This document shows positions 40,649-50,247 of a stretch of DNA of 64,000 nucleotides, piece after piece (within the stretch, counting starts at the first letter, position 1; every line of letters begins with the position of its first letter). The DNA comes from Candidatus Marinacidobacterales bacterium. GTDB taxonomy: Bacteria; Acidobacteriota; Vicinamibacteria; Marinacidobacterales; SMYC01. The stretch spans positions 960,001 to 1,024,000 of the forward strand of contig CBDCYI010000004.1 in assembly GCA_965224085.1 (NCBI GenBank), read 5' to 3'. Under the pieces are notes generated by a model. That model worked only from the letters and a program-made list of their open reading frames with translations. It ran no database searches and was not told where the DNA came from. The position numbers were made by a program, and so were the translations under genes.

Positions 40649-41050
40649 CTATGTCAGCGGAGGAGTCCATCCCATCACTTGAAGCGGCTCTACTTTGACG
40701 CTCTTGTAGCGAAAAAGCGTCACTTTCCCCGCCGGAAGCCCATGCGGCTTCCTCACATCCTTGACCCGGGCCACGTGCACGGCCACCTTCCCCGCGTGCT
40801 TGGCCTTCGAATAGCGGGCTGCGAGCGCAGCCGCAAAACGAAGCGTATCCCGCGGAAGCGTGTCGAGTCCGTCAGGGTTCCGGATCACCACGTGTGAGCC
40901 GGACTCGCCCGCAACATGCATCCAAAAATCTTTTTGCGCCGCGATCTTGAAAGTCAGGACGTCGTTGTCCGAAGCGGTTCTCCCAACGAGGATTTCCATC
41001 CCGTCGGGCGAGTCAAAGCTCCGCGCAACGTCTTCTACGCCCTTGGCCAT
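40649..41050 (-). CDS. NFACT RNA-binding domain protein (DUF814); last codons replaced by IS sequence
   Basis: ILVGRTASDNDVLT, DFWMHV....GSHVVI, AAALAARYSK. Confidence 0.85.
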   Translation of the reverse strand: MAKGVEDVARSFDSPDGMEILVGRTASDNDVLTFKIAAQKDFWMHVAGESGSHVVIRNPDGLDTLPRDTLRFAAALAARYSKAKHAGKVAVHVARVKDVRKPHGLPAGKVTLFRYKSVKVEPLQVMGWTPPLT

Positions 41051-41230
41051 CGGCCTAATCATGCCGGTAGGCGCACCGCTCCGACAGTCGTCCGCTCTCG
41101 TGCTGGTGGATGGCAACGTTGAAAGGGGGACATGTAGGACAGTCCCCGGTTCTTTTGCGCCGGAGGAATCTTTGTCGCGGTCATTGCGCCCGCCCGGATC
41201 GCTACCGCCCGTCCTCGACTGGCAACGGGA

Positions 41231-42954
41231 CTATTCGTCCGCTTCCTTGACGATGGTGACGGTCAGCGGCGATTTGAGCTGAACATAGAGCTCGGTGCCT
41301 GCGGCGAGGACGACCTCTTCACCTTTGGTCGCCATCACCGCGGCGCCACCGGCGGAGCCGCCGACCGCGCCGCCTATCGCTGCGCCTTTCTTTCCGCCCA
41401 AGAGTCCTCCGACAAAGGCTCCTATCCCCGCCGCACCGCCGAGTTTTGCCGCGTCTTTCTTTCTCGTCGTGCGAGCTTTTTGATGGTGCGGCTCGGACTC
41501 GATCGCGAGCGTCTGGCCGTCCGCGGTGACGATCCGATCGAATTCGAGAGTGAGCTCACCGGTGCCGGAGACCTTGCCGGCTTTCGCCGCACGGGCAACG
41601 TGGCCTTCGATACGGCTTCCCGAGCCGATCGCCTCGTAACCTTCGATGATGATGGGGCTCTTCAAAGTTGCCGAAAAGTCGTCTCCGGCCGCAGCCGTCT
41701 CCGACGTGAGCGCGGCGTCGAGCTCGACCGCGGCCGCGGTGCCGGCTGGAACGGTAATGTTGAGCTTCGCGTCCGCGCCGATGAGCCGCCCGAAAAATCC
41801 CACCTCTTCCACTTCGACGAGAGATGTGCCCGGAGCCGCGGAAACGTCGGAATCGGGTGGGGCATCGCTGCGCGAACCGCTGACGCTCCACAACAGGACG
41901 ACCGCGACTAGAGCGAGCGAGGCAACGGCAACGACCGGAAGGGACCGCCTGCTCGTCGAAAGCTCGGCCGCGCGTATCGTTGCGGGGGCGCTTGCGGGAC
42001 TGGGCTTCGGCGCGGAAATGGAGTGCGCGACGCCCATCGTCCCAGGTGCGGCGGCCACGGTAGGCGGTGCCGCATCGTGGCTCGGTGAGCGCAAAGCGTC
42101 GATGAGCTCTGCCCCGCTCGCGTACCTTTGAGCTCGGTCTTTGGCGAGCGCGCGTTTCAGCACCGGTTCCGCGCTCTCGGGAAGGCCGAGGCTCGAATGC
42201 TCGATCGGCGGCGGATCCTCGTTGACGATTTTGAGCAGAATGGCGGTTATTTGATCACCATGGAAAGGCCGGTGCCCGTCAGACACTCATAGGCAACGCA
42301 CGCCAAGGAGAACAAATCCGATCGGCCGTCCACTTCCTTCCCCATGGCTTGCTCGGGTGACATGTAGTTCGGCGTCCCGAGTATCGTACCGGTCGCGGTG
42401 ATCTGTCCCGATGACTCGGCTTTGGCGATGCCGAAATCCATCACTTTGACATGCCCGGACGATTCGACCATGAGGTTGGCGGGTTTGACGTCGCGATGAA
42501 CGACCTTGTTGGCGTGCGCATGGTCGAGCGCGCTTGCCGCTTGAGTGAGGATGTTCAGCGTCTCGTCGAGGCTCAGACGGCCTTTTTGCCGCAGGAGCTC
42601 GGAAAGGGTTTGGCCTTCCACCATCTCCATCACGATGAAGCTCGAATCCAAGGATTCGACGATGTCGTGCGTTGTCACGATGTTGGGGTGGCGGAGGTGC
42701 GCCGCGACCTGAGCTTCGCGAACGAAACGCTTCTTGACGTCCTCGAGCTGCTTGCCATCGGCGAAAGCGTCGAGACGTATACGCTTGATCGCGACCCTTC
42801 GCCCGAGCGTCGTGTCGTTCGCCTCGTAAACTTCCCCCATGGCGCCCGCACCGAGCTTTTTGACGATCTCGTAGCGGCTGCCAAGAACTTCGACGAGCGC
42901 GTCGCGCCCGCCGCTCGAAACCCCATCCTGATCGTTCTGGTTCGACGTGGTCAT
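41231..42954 (-). pseudogene. Ser/Thr protein kinase with TM and C-terminal glycine-zipper domain; 1-bp frameshift near 42275
   Basis: GAGAMGEVY, VHRDVKPAN, DFGIAK, GTPNYMSPEQ; continues in another frame as HRPFHGDQITAILLKI. May be a sequencing error. Confidence 0.8.
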
Positions 42955-43227
42955 GGCATACTCCCGAGTTTTTCTTTGAGTCTACACCCCGGTTCGGCTC
43001 GGCGCGAGTGATCTGGGACGACTCTAGACAGTCTTCGCGACTTGAAAGCCATCGAGGTTTCGCGATAAGGTCCCAGCTATCCCGTCGGCCGGTTCACATC
43101 CCACGAACGCCCTCAGGGCTGACGCACTCCTAGTTTCAAAACGACAAGCCGCTAGAAGGAACTACATCCAATGTCAACGACGATTTCGTTGATTGGTCGA
43201 TAACGGCGGGCACTCCCTATTGGGAAG

Positions 43228-43254
43228 GAGGCGCTGAGGTTCCCCCAGCGCCTC
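43228..43254 (-). terminator. GC-rich hairpin downstream of the VPS10 gene
   Basis: GAGGCGCTG-aggttcccc-CAGCGCCTC; no clear U-tract. Confidence 0.45.
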
Positions 43255-43274
43255 GTCGACAAAAGCGGCAACCG

Positions 43275-46200
43275 CTAACGATCTTCCGTCGCCGTCGCCC
43301 GGGTAAGGATTACCGGAGGGAGGTTCAATCCAGCAACGAGCTGGTTGAACGCCACCAAGTCACCCGCGACCACCTCGTCGAACTGCGCTTTGAGGCTCGC
43401 GAGATCGGGCTTCAAGTCATCGAACCGCTCATAGGCCCCCGCGGTCGGCTGGTAATCCGCCATCACGACGTAGCTGTAGAGCGTCGTGAGCTGGTTGTCG
43501 ATCATCGGTGGGAAGTTGATGGGATCCTGCCCCGACTTGCTCTTCACCTGCGTAATCTGTTCTTCGATCTCGGTGAGCTTTTCGTCGAGAGCTTTCGCGG
43601 CGTCTGCAATCGCCTCGTTCTCCTCGCCAGCCTTCTTCATTCGGGCAACGATCTCTTTCGACTGCGCTTTCACGTCGCGAAGATCTCCGAGCGTTCCGAA
43701 CAGCGACTCGATCGCAGCAGCAACATCCTTCGCCATCTTGCGCTGCTCTTCGAACTCGGCCACGGTCGTGCTGAGGTTCGGGTTGAGCCTCACTTCGAGC
43801 AGGCGCGTCTCGGTCCATTCGGAAGCGCTCAAACGCACCTGGAACGTACCCGGCACCACTTGCATGCCTGGCGTTCCGCCCCAATGGACGACGCCTTTAG
43901 GCATCTCGGGACCTTTTTCCCGAAGACTCCAATTGAAGCGATTGAGTCCCTTCTTCACCGGAAGACGCGTGTTCCTGCCGCCGAACAATCGCGCAGAGAA
44001 ACCTCCTCCTCCTTCCGGAGCCGTGTCGCCGGTTTTACCCTTGAACGTCTGGATGACATTGTCACCGCTATCGAGCACTTCGAGCGTGAGCTCTTCTTCA
44101 TTTTCTGGGGGCGCGTCCTTCAAGTAGTAGTCGATAGTCGCGGCCCCGAGGGATCTCCCGCGATAAGCTGTGCGTGGCGCATAGAGCCACATGTCAGCCG
44201 ATTCGACCTCGTCCGTGACTTGGTGGAGCGGGGTCACGTTGTCGAGCACCCAGAACGAGCGACCTTGTGTCGCGACGACCAGGTCTTTCCGGTGAACCCG
44301 AAGATCGGTCACGGGTGTCACGGGTAAGTTGAGCTGGAAGCGCTGCCAATGCGCGCCGTCATCGACCGAGAGATACAAGCCGACCTCGGTCCCGGCGTAG
44401 AGCAGGCCTTTCCGATCGGGATCCTCGCGTATTGCGCGCGTGAAGTGCGTGCTCGGGATCCCGTTGGTGCCATCGGTCAGCAGATCCCAGTTCTTCCCGT
44501 AGTCGTTCGTTCGGAAGATGTAGGGATTAAAATCGTCTTCTCGGTAACGATAGACTGCGATGAAGGCACGCCCAGGCGCATGAGCCGAGAGCTCGACGAC
44601 GTTGACGGTGCCGCCTTCCGGCATCCCGTCCGGCGTGATCTCTTCCCAGCTCCCCCCGCGGTCGCGCGAGATGTGCACGCGACCATCATCCGAGCCTGCC
44701 CAGAGCTCGCCCGGCGTATGGGGCGACTCTTCGAGCGCGAAGACGGTGTTGTAGACTTCGACACCCGTGCTGTCATGAGTGATCGGGCCGCCCGCATAGT
44801 CTTGGTGCTCGGGATTGTTCGACGTCAGATCGGGGCTGATGACGCTCCAGCTCTGGCCGTGATCGCGCGACATGTGGACGACCTGTGAGGCGTGATACAG
44901 GATGTCCGGATCGTGCGGCGACAGCCGGATGGGCGCGTTCCACTGGAAACGGTACGACAGGTCGCGCGCCGCCGCTCCCAGCTGCAGCTGGGGGTAAGCG
45001 AGAATCTGGCGGTGCTCTCCCGTCTTGCGGTTGACTCTCGAAATGCTGCCGCCGTAGCAGCCCGCATAGATAATGTCGGGGTCGCGGGGGTCCACGGCAA
45101 TGTGGCCGCTCTCACACCCGCCGACGGAGTACCAATCGGGAACGACTTGACCGAAGCTGGTAGCGCCGCGGCTCGGGACGGAGATCGTGCTGTTGTCTTG
45201 TTGCGAGCCATAGATGCGGTAGGGCCACTGGTCGTCGACGAAGACACGGTAGATCTCGGACGTCTCTTGATTCCGCTGCGTCGACCACGAGCCACCGCCG
45301 TCGAAGGATACGTTCGCGCCGCCGTCATTGGCGTTAATAATGTTCATTGGGTTGTCGGGATTGAGCCACAGATCGTGGTTGTCACCGTGCGGGACGCGGA
45401 TGCGCTGGTCGAAAGTCTTGCCGCCGTCGATCGATTTGTAAAAGGCGGTGTTCAACGCATAGACCGTGTTCTCATCCTTCGGGTCGGCGTAGATGTGGAT
45501 GTAGTACCACGGACGCTGGCGGAGGTTCGCCTCGCCGTTGATACGAGTCCAGCTATCACCCCCATCGTCCGAGCGGTAGACGCCGCCTTTCTCACCTTCG
45601 GCCTCGAGAAGGACCCAAACGCGGTCTGAGTTCGCGGGCGACACGGCAACGCTCGTTTTGCCGACCATACCTTCGGGAAGCCCGCCCTCGAGACGGTCCC
45701 AGGTGTCGCCGCCATCGGTCGAGCGATAGATGCCACCGGCCTCGCTTCCCGAGATCAACGACCACGGCTTGCGCTCGGCGGCCCAGGCACCCGCGTAGAG
45801 AATGCGCGGGTTGTTGGCGTCCATCGAGAGATCGACGACGCCTGTCCGCTCGTCGATAAAGAGGACCTTTTCCCAAGTCTCGCCGCCATCGGTGGAGCGG
45901 AAGACGCCCCGCTCTTCGTTGGGGCCGAAAATATGCCCGAGCGCAGCGACGTAGACATGATCGGGGTCGTCCGGGTGGACGCGGATCTTGCCAACTTGTC
46001 CTGCGTCGCGAAGGCCGATGTGCTTCCATGTCTTCCCTGCATCCGTCGAGCGGTAAACGCCGTCACCCGCGGAGATATTGCCTCGAGGACAGGCCGATCC
46101 CGTCCCCACATAGACGACGTTCGGATCCGACGGAGCGACCGCGATAGCACCCACCGAGCCCACGCCGAGAAATCCATCCGTCACGTTGGTCCAGTTGTTG

Positions 46201-46457
46201 CCGGCGTCAGACGTTTTGAAAACTCCGCCTCCTGTGCCGCCAAAATAGTATACGAGCGGCTGTCCGGAAACCCCCGTCGCCGCGGTCGATCGTCCACCGC
46301 GGGAAAAACCAATCGCTCGGAACTCCATCCCTTCGAAAAGCGCGTGGTCCACTTGGACGTTCTCCGCGTTTTCTTCGTAATCGTGATAACTACCCTGCGC
46401 TGCGGAGAGCGCCGCGCTTGCGGGCGCGCAAAGCATTAGAAAAACCAATCGTTTCAT
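43275..46457 (-). CDS. secreted VPS10/BNR (Asp-box) repeat glycosyl hydrolase-like protein
   Basis: Signal peptide; many S/T-D-x-G-x-T-W repeats; RFQWNAPI. Confidence 0.9.
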   Translation of the reverse strand: MKRLVFLMLCAPASAALSAAQGSYHDYEENAENVQVDHALFEGMEFRAIGFSRGGRSTAATGVSGQPLVYYFGGTGGGVFKTSDAGNNWTNVTDGFLGVGSVGAIAVAPSDPNVVYVGTGSACPRGNISAGDGVYRSTDAGKTWKHIGLRDAGQVGKIRVHPDDPDHVYVAALGHIFGPNEERGVFRSTDGGETWEKVLFIDERTGVVDLSMDANNPRILYAGAWAAERKPWSLISGSEAGGIYRSTDGGDTWDRLEGGLPEGMVGKTSVAVSPANSDRVWVLLEAEGEKGGVYRSDDGGDSWTRINGEANLRQRPWYYIHIYADPKDENTVYALNTAFYKSIDGGKTFDQRIRVPHGDNHDLWLNPDNPMNIINANDGGANVSFDGGGSWSTQRNQETSEIYRVFVDDQWPYRIYGSQQDNSTISVPSRGATSFGQVVPDWYSVGGCESGHIAVDPRDPDIIYAGCYGGSISRVNRKTGEHRQILAYPQLQLGAAARDLSYRFQWNAPIRLSPHDPDILYHASQVVHMSRDHGQSWSVISPDLTSNNPEHQDYAGGPITHDSTGVEVYNTVFALEESPHTPGELWAGSDDGRVHISRDRGGSWEEITPDGMPEGGTVNVVELSAHAPGRAFIAVYRYREDDFNPYIFRTNDYGKNWDLLTDGTNGIPSTHFTRAIREDPDRKGLLYAGTEVGLYLSVDDGAHWQRFQLNLPVTPVTDLRVHRKDLVVATQGRSFWVLDNVTPLHQVTDEVESADMWLYAPRTAYRGRSLGAATIDYYLKDAPPENEEELTLEVLDSGDNVIQTFKGKTGDTAPEGGGGFSARLFGGRNTRLPVKKGLNRFNWSLREKGPEMPKGVVHWGGTPGMQVVPGTFQVRLSASEWTETRLLEVRLNPNLSTTVAEFEEQRKMAKDVAAAIESLFGTLGDLRDVKAQSKEIVARMKKAGEENEAIADAAKALDEKLTEIEEQITQVKSKSGQDPINFPPMIDNQLTTLYSYVVMADYQPTAGAYERFDDLKPDLASLKAQFDEVVAGDLVAFNQLVAGLNLPPVILTRATATEDR

Positions 46458-46505
46458 ATCGAACTCTCCATTCCCATCGGTCCCCTCGGCCAGCCGAAGT
46501 CTATT

Positions 46506-46982
46506 TCACGGTGAGAAGCGTAGCAATGACGTCACCGGCCCGCCGGTACCGGTGACGACGATATAGAGGCGGTCATACTCGTCGTCTTCTATGTCCGTAC
46601 CGGGCTCGCCGTCAATGAGACCGATGAGGTCGGGCGTCGTGTTGCTGTGGCCGACGACCAGGATGCGGCCTTCTGCCGCGCGGAGCTTGATCGCGAGGGC
46701 CTCGAGATCCCGCGGATCATACAGTTTGATGGAAAGACCGCGCGCTTCCGCGAGCGGGCGTGCCGTCTCCCGCGTCCGGATGTAGTCCGAGCTGTAAATC
46801 GTGTCGATTTGCATGTCTTTGAGAAGCGCCGCGAGCACCTCGGCACGCGCTCGGCCAGTCCCCGAAAGCTCCGGATCGCAGCTGTCGTCCACTTTTTCAG
46901 CGTGGCGCACGAGCACGTTGTCGAGCGTGACGGCGGTGGACGCGAGTGTCAGCCAGGCGAACAGAATCCGTGCGCATCTCAT
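46506..46982 (-). CDS. histidine phosphatase (phosphoglycerate mutase family)
   Basis: LVRHAEK, YSSDYIRTRETA, LVVGHSNT. Confidence 0.82.
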   Translation of the reverse strand: MRCARILFAWLTLASTAVTLDNVLVRHAEKVDDSCDPELSGTGRARAEVLAALLKDMQIDTIYSSDYIRTRETARPLAEARGLSIKLYDPRDLEALAIKLRAAEGRILVVGHSNTTPDLIGLIDGEPGTDIEDDEYDRLYIVVTGTGGPVTSLLRFSP

Positions 46983-47020
46983 CGTTTGACTCCTTGTTTC
47001 AGCGGGGCTCTAGAATGTTT

Positions 47021-47956
47021 TCATGACGTATCGAATGGAAAGCTCAGAACATCGCGAATCGACGCCGCGCTCGCGGCGATCATGACGAGACGATCGAAGC
47101 CGAGCGCCACGCCGGCGCTTTTCGGGAGGCCAGCGTCGAGCGCATCGAGAAACGCTTCGTCCACGCGCACCGCCGTGAGACCCAAGGCCTCGCGCCGTTT
47201 TCGGTCGTCCTCGAAGCGGGCGCGCTGCTCACGGGGGTCCGTGAGCTCGTGATATCCGTTCGCAAGTTCCATTCCGCGGTAGTAGAGCTCGAATCGCTCA
47301 GCAATGGGGGGCGCATCGGCACGGAGGCGCGAGAGCGCTTTCAAACAAACCGGGTAGTCGTAGACGAAAAACGGCCGTTCCCGGCCGAGCTGCGGCTCTA
47401 TCACCCTCGCCATCAGCAAATTGAGCCAATCGTCCACCTCGAGCTCGGATGCGGCAGAAGGTGCCTCCCCGACTGCCGTTGCCGCGCGCTCGAGCGCGTT
47501 CCGATCCGCCGTGTGAGGATCGAGCCCAATGTGGCGTAGGAAAAGAGCCCTATAAGTTTCGCGTTCCGCAGTCTCGGCTTCGAGTACTTCCTGAAGTAAA
47601 AGGTCCACTTCATCCATCAACGCGTGATGGTCGTATTCGGGCCGGTACCACTCGATCATGGTGAACTCGGGGTTGTGTCGCGTGCCCCATTCGCCCGCAC
47701 GAAAGGCTTTGGAGATCTGGAAGATAGGTCCTGAGCCCGCGGCAAGGAGACGCTTCATCGCGAGCTCGGGTGACGTTTGCAGATAGAGATCTCCACTTCG
47801 AAGGCTCTCGATAAAGGGGTCCGTGACCGACCCGTGCCCCAAGATCGGGGTCTCGATTTCGAGAACGCCGCGCGCTTCGAAAAAGCTCCTGATCCGTGCA
47901 AGGAGACTCGCCCTCAAACGCAAAACCTCGAACGAAGCTTTGGGCTTCCAGGTCAT
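47021..47956 (-). CDS. epmA: EF-P lysine aminoacylase EpmA (GenX/PoxA)
   Basis: YLQTSPELAMKRLLAAG, RHNPEFTMIEWY, ELANGYHEL, GVALGFDRL; adjacent to efp. Confidence 0.93.
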   Translation of the reverse strand: MTWKPKASFEVLRLRASLLARIRSFFEARGVLEIETPILGHGSVTDPFIESLRSGDLYLQTSPELAMKRLLAAGSGPIFQISKAFRAGEWGTRHNPEFTMIEWYRPEYDHHALMDEVDLLLQEVLEAETAERETYRALFLRHIGLDPHTADRNALERAATAVGEAPSAASELEVDDWLNLLMARVIEPQLGRERPFFVYDYPVCLKALSRLRADAPPIAERFELYYRGMELANGYHELTDPREQRARFEDDRKRREALGLTAVRVDEAFLDALDAGLPKSAGVALGFDRLVMIAASAASIRDVLSFPFDTS

Positions 47957-48004
47957 CTCATAAGAACACTCGATCCCGGCGAGCGTCGGCGCCGGCTAAT
48001 TCCG

Positions 48005-48577
48005 CTAGTCTTTCACGCGCCCGACGTACTCGCCGGTTCGGGTGTCGAGCTTGAGCTTTTCGCCCTGTTGAACGAAGAGCGGCACGCGCACGACGGTGCC
48101 GGTCTCGAGCTTCGCGGTCTTGCCGCCCGTCCCGGCCGTGTCCCCGCGGATTCCAGGCTCCGTCTCGACGACTTCGAGCTCAACGAACATCGGCGCGGTG
48201 ACCTGGATGATTAGGTTGTTGTAGAGAGTCACGGAGCACTGCGCTTCTTCCTTCAGCCACTTCGCGGCGTCCCCTACGGCGGCCGCGTCCGCCTGATACT
48301 GCTCATAGCTGTCCGGGTCCATATAGTACCAAAACGCGCCGTCGCTATAGAGGTATTGCATCTCGGTCTCGACGACGTCCGCGCCCTCGATGTTCTCTCC
48401 CGATTTCACGGTCTTCTCCAGCATGCGGCCGGTTTTGAGGTTCCGGTATTTCACGCGCGTGAATGCCTGGCCTTTGCCAGGCTTCACGAGGTCCAAATCG
48501 ACGACCACGCAAGGCGCGTCGTCCACAAGAATCTTGAGCCCCGTGCGGAGCTGGTTGATGCCGTAGGTCTCTGCCAT
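48005..48577 (-). CDS. efp: elongation factor P
   Basis: [27 protein letters not shown]. Confidence 0.96.
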   Translation of the reverse strand: MAETYGINQLRTGLKILVDDAPCVVVDLDLVKPGKGQAFTRVKYRNLKTGRMLEKTVKSGENIEGADVVETEMQYLYSDGAFWYYMDPDSYEQYQADAAAVGDAAKWLKEEAQCSVTLYNNLIIQVTAPMFVELEVVETEPGIRGDTAGTGGKTAKLETGTVVRVPLFVQQGEKLKLDTRTGEYVGRVKD

Positions 48578-48796
48578 GTTCTCTTCGAAAGCTCCTTCGT
48601 TGCCCGCGCCATATTAGCGCCGTTCGGGCAGAAGCTCCACTGTGTCTTCGTGATTCGCTGTTGCTTCCGGCTGCCGTCTATCGGCTTCTCCGCGATGACG
48701 CTGTTATTGCCGTTGAGCTCGTTTCGGCGACTCGGAACTTGCGGGGTAGGGCACGCGCCGTTCGAGTTTGACGCGAGCGGCGCGGCGTGGTCAGGG

Positions 48797-49009
48797 TTAT
48801 GCGGGAGAGCGGCGTGAGCGGCGCAGCCCGATAGCTTGCATGACGCCGACGACGGCGACGATGTCGGCGGCGATTGCGACCGCCCATTTTGCCGAAGTCG
48901 TGATCTCCCCGGGAGACGCGAGAAGCAAGGCGCTCCCGCACACCCAAAGCGCATCGAGCGCGATGACACTGTATCGGTTGATGCGGAAGTTCTCTTTGCC
49001 GTAATTCAC
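48797..49009 (-). pseudogene. small hydrophobic ORF, probably a C-terminal fragment of a membrane protein
   Basis: Two TM-like helices (VIALDALWVCGS, VAIAADIVAVVGVMQ). Confidence 0.4.
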
Positions 49010-49078
49010 CGGTGCGCATGGTTGCCTGCCACCCTCGCTCCTCTTGACATTCTACAGGTCGATCGAGTACATCTATGG

Positions 49079-49424
49079 AATGGCTAGAGTTAAGAGTAAA
49101 GATAAGAGCGACCTGCTTCAGGGGACGCTGGATATGTTGATCCTCAAGACGCTCTCGCTCGAGCACATGCATGGATGGGGTATCTCGCAGCGGATTCATC
49201 AGATCTCGAGGGACGTGCTGCAGGTCAACCAAGGCTCGCTTTATCCCGCGCTGCATCGGTTGGAGCGCCAAGGGTGGATTCGGTCGAGTTGGGGGGCTTC
49301 GGAGAACAATCGACGCGCGAAGTTCTACGAGCTGACCGCGGCGGGACAAAAACAGCTCCGCGAAGAGACCGAGAACTGGGAACGCCTCTCCGGCGCCGTG
49401 ATACGCATATTGCAAACCTCGTAG
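49079..49424 (+). CDS. PadR family regulator (acidobacterial type)
   Basis: DLLQGTLDMLILKTL, HGWGI, GSLYPALHRLE, NNRRAKFY. Confidence 0.92.
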
Positions 49425-49428
49425 CGCC

Positions 49429-50244
49429 ATGTGGGACGGAGTCATCGGCCGGCTGAGATCTCTCTTCGAACGCGATCGCTTCGAGAAAGAGCTCGACGAG
49501 GAGCTGCTCTTCCATTTAGAGATGGAGACGCGGAAGAATATCGAGCTCGGTATGTCTTCGCGCAATGCGCGTGATATGGCGCGACGCACCTTCGGTGGGT
49601 TCGCGCAAACGAAAGAGGACGTACGGCGACTTCGCGGGCTCGAGGTCATCGATACGATTTCCCAGGACGCGCGCTACGCCTGGCGCTCTCTCTCGAACCG
49701 GGCGGTTTCACGACTGCCATCGTCCTGACACTCGCGCTCGGGATCGGCGCGAACACAGGAGCTTGTCGAGGCCGTCTATGCCGTCGACGAGGACCAAGCC
49801 GTCGCGGACATCCAAACGCTCGAACAGGCGCGGCGCGAATCGCTCGCACCGCCGCGGCTGACAACAACGCTTCTGTCGCTTCTCGCTGCGCTCGCCCTGT
49901 GTATCACCGCCGCCGGCGTGAGCGGCGTGCTCGCTTTGAGCGTGAACCAGAGGACGAACGAGATCGGGATCCGCATGGTGCTCGGCGCCAGCCCTTCGGG
50001 CGTCGCCCGCAGCGTGTTGCTCGAAGGATTGAAGCTGGTCGCTCTCGGCCTCGCCATCGGGATCGTCGGATCCGCGGCTTTTAGCGGCTTGATGACGCGA
50101 CATCTCTTTGAGGTTGAGCCGACCGATCCGATTACTTTCGTCACGGTCTCGCTCGTGCTCCTCGCCGTCGCGGCGCTTGCTTGTTGGCTCCCAGCGCGTC
50201 GGGCGACGAGCATCGATCCGCTCGAAGCCCTCCGTCCGGAGTAG
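49429..50244 (+). pseudogene. ADOP-type ABC permease, frameshifted and internally deleted
   Basis: ELDEELLFHLE prefix domain, QDARYA, LTLALGIGANT joined near 49760 to the C-terminal QRTNEIGIRMVLGA...PARRATSIDP. Confidence 0.85.
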
Positions 50245-50247
50245 CGC

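Larger units (their letters stand above)
39258..40680 (-). mobile_element. IS110 family, IS1111-type element
   Basis: Sub-terminal IRs TGGACTCCTC (39261-39270) / GAGGAGTCCA (40660-40669); shared core ACTT at 39254-39257 and 40677-40680; no classical TSD. Confidence 0.88.
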
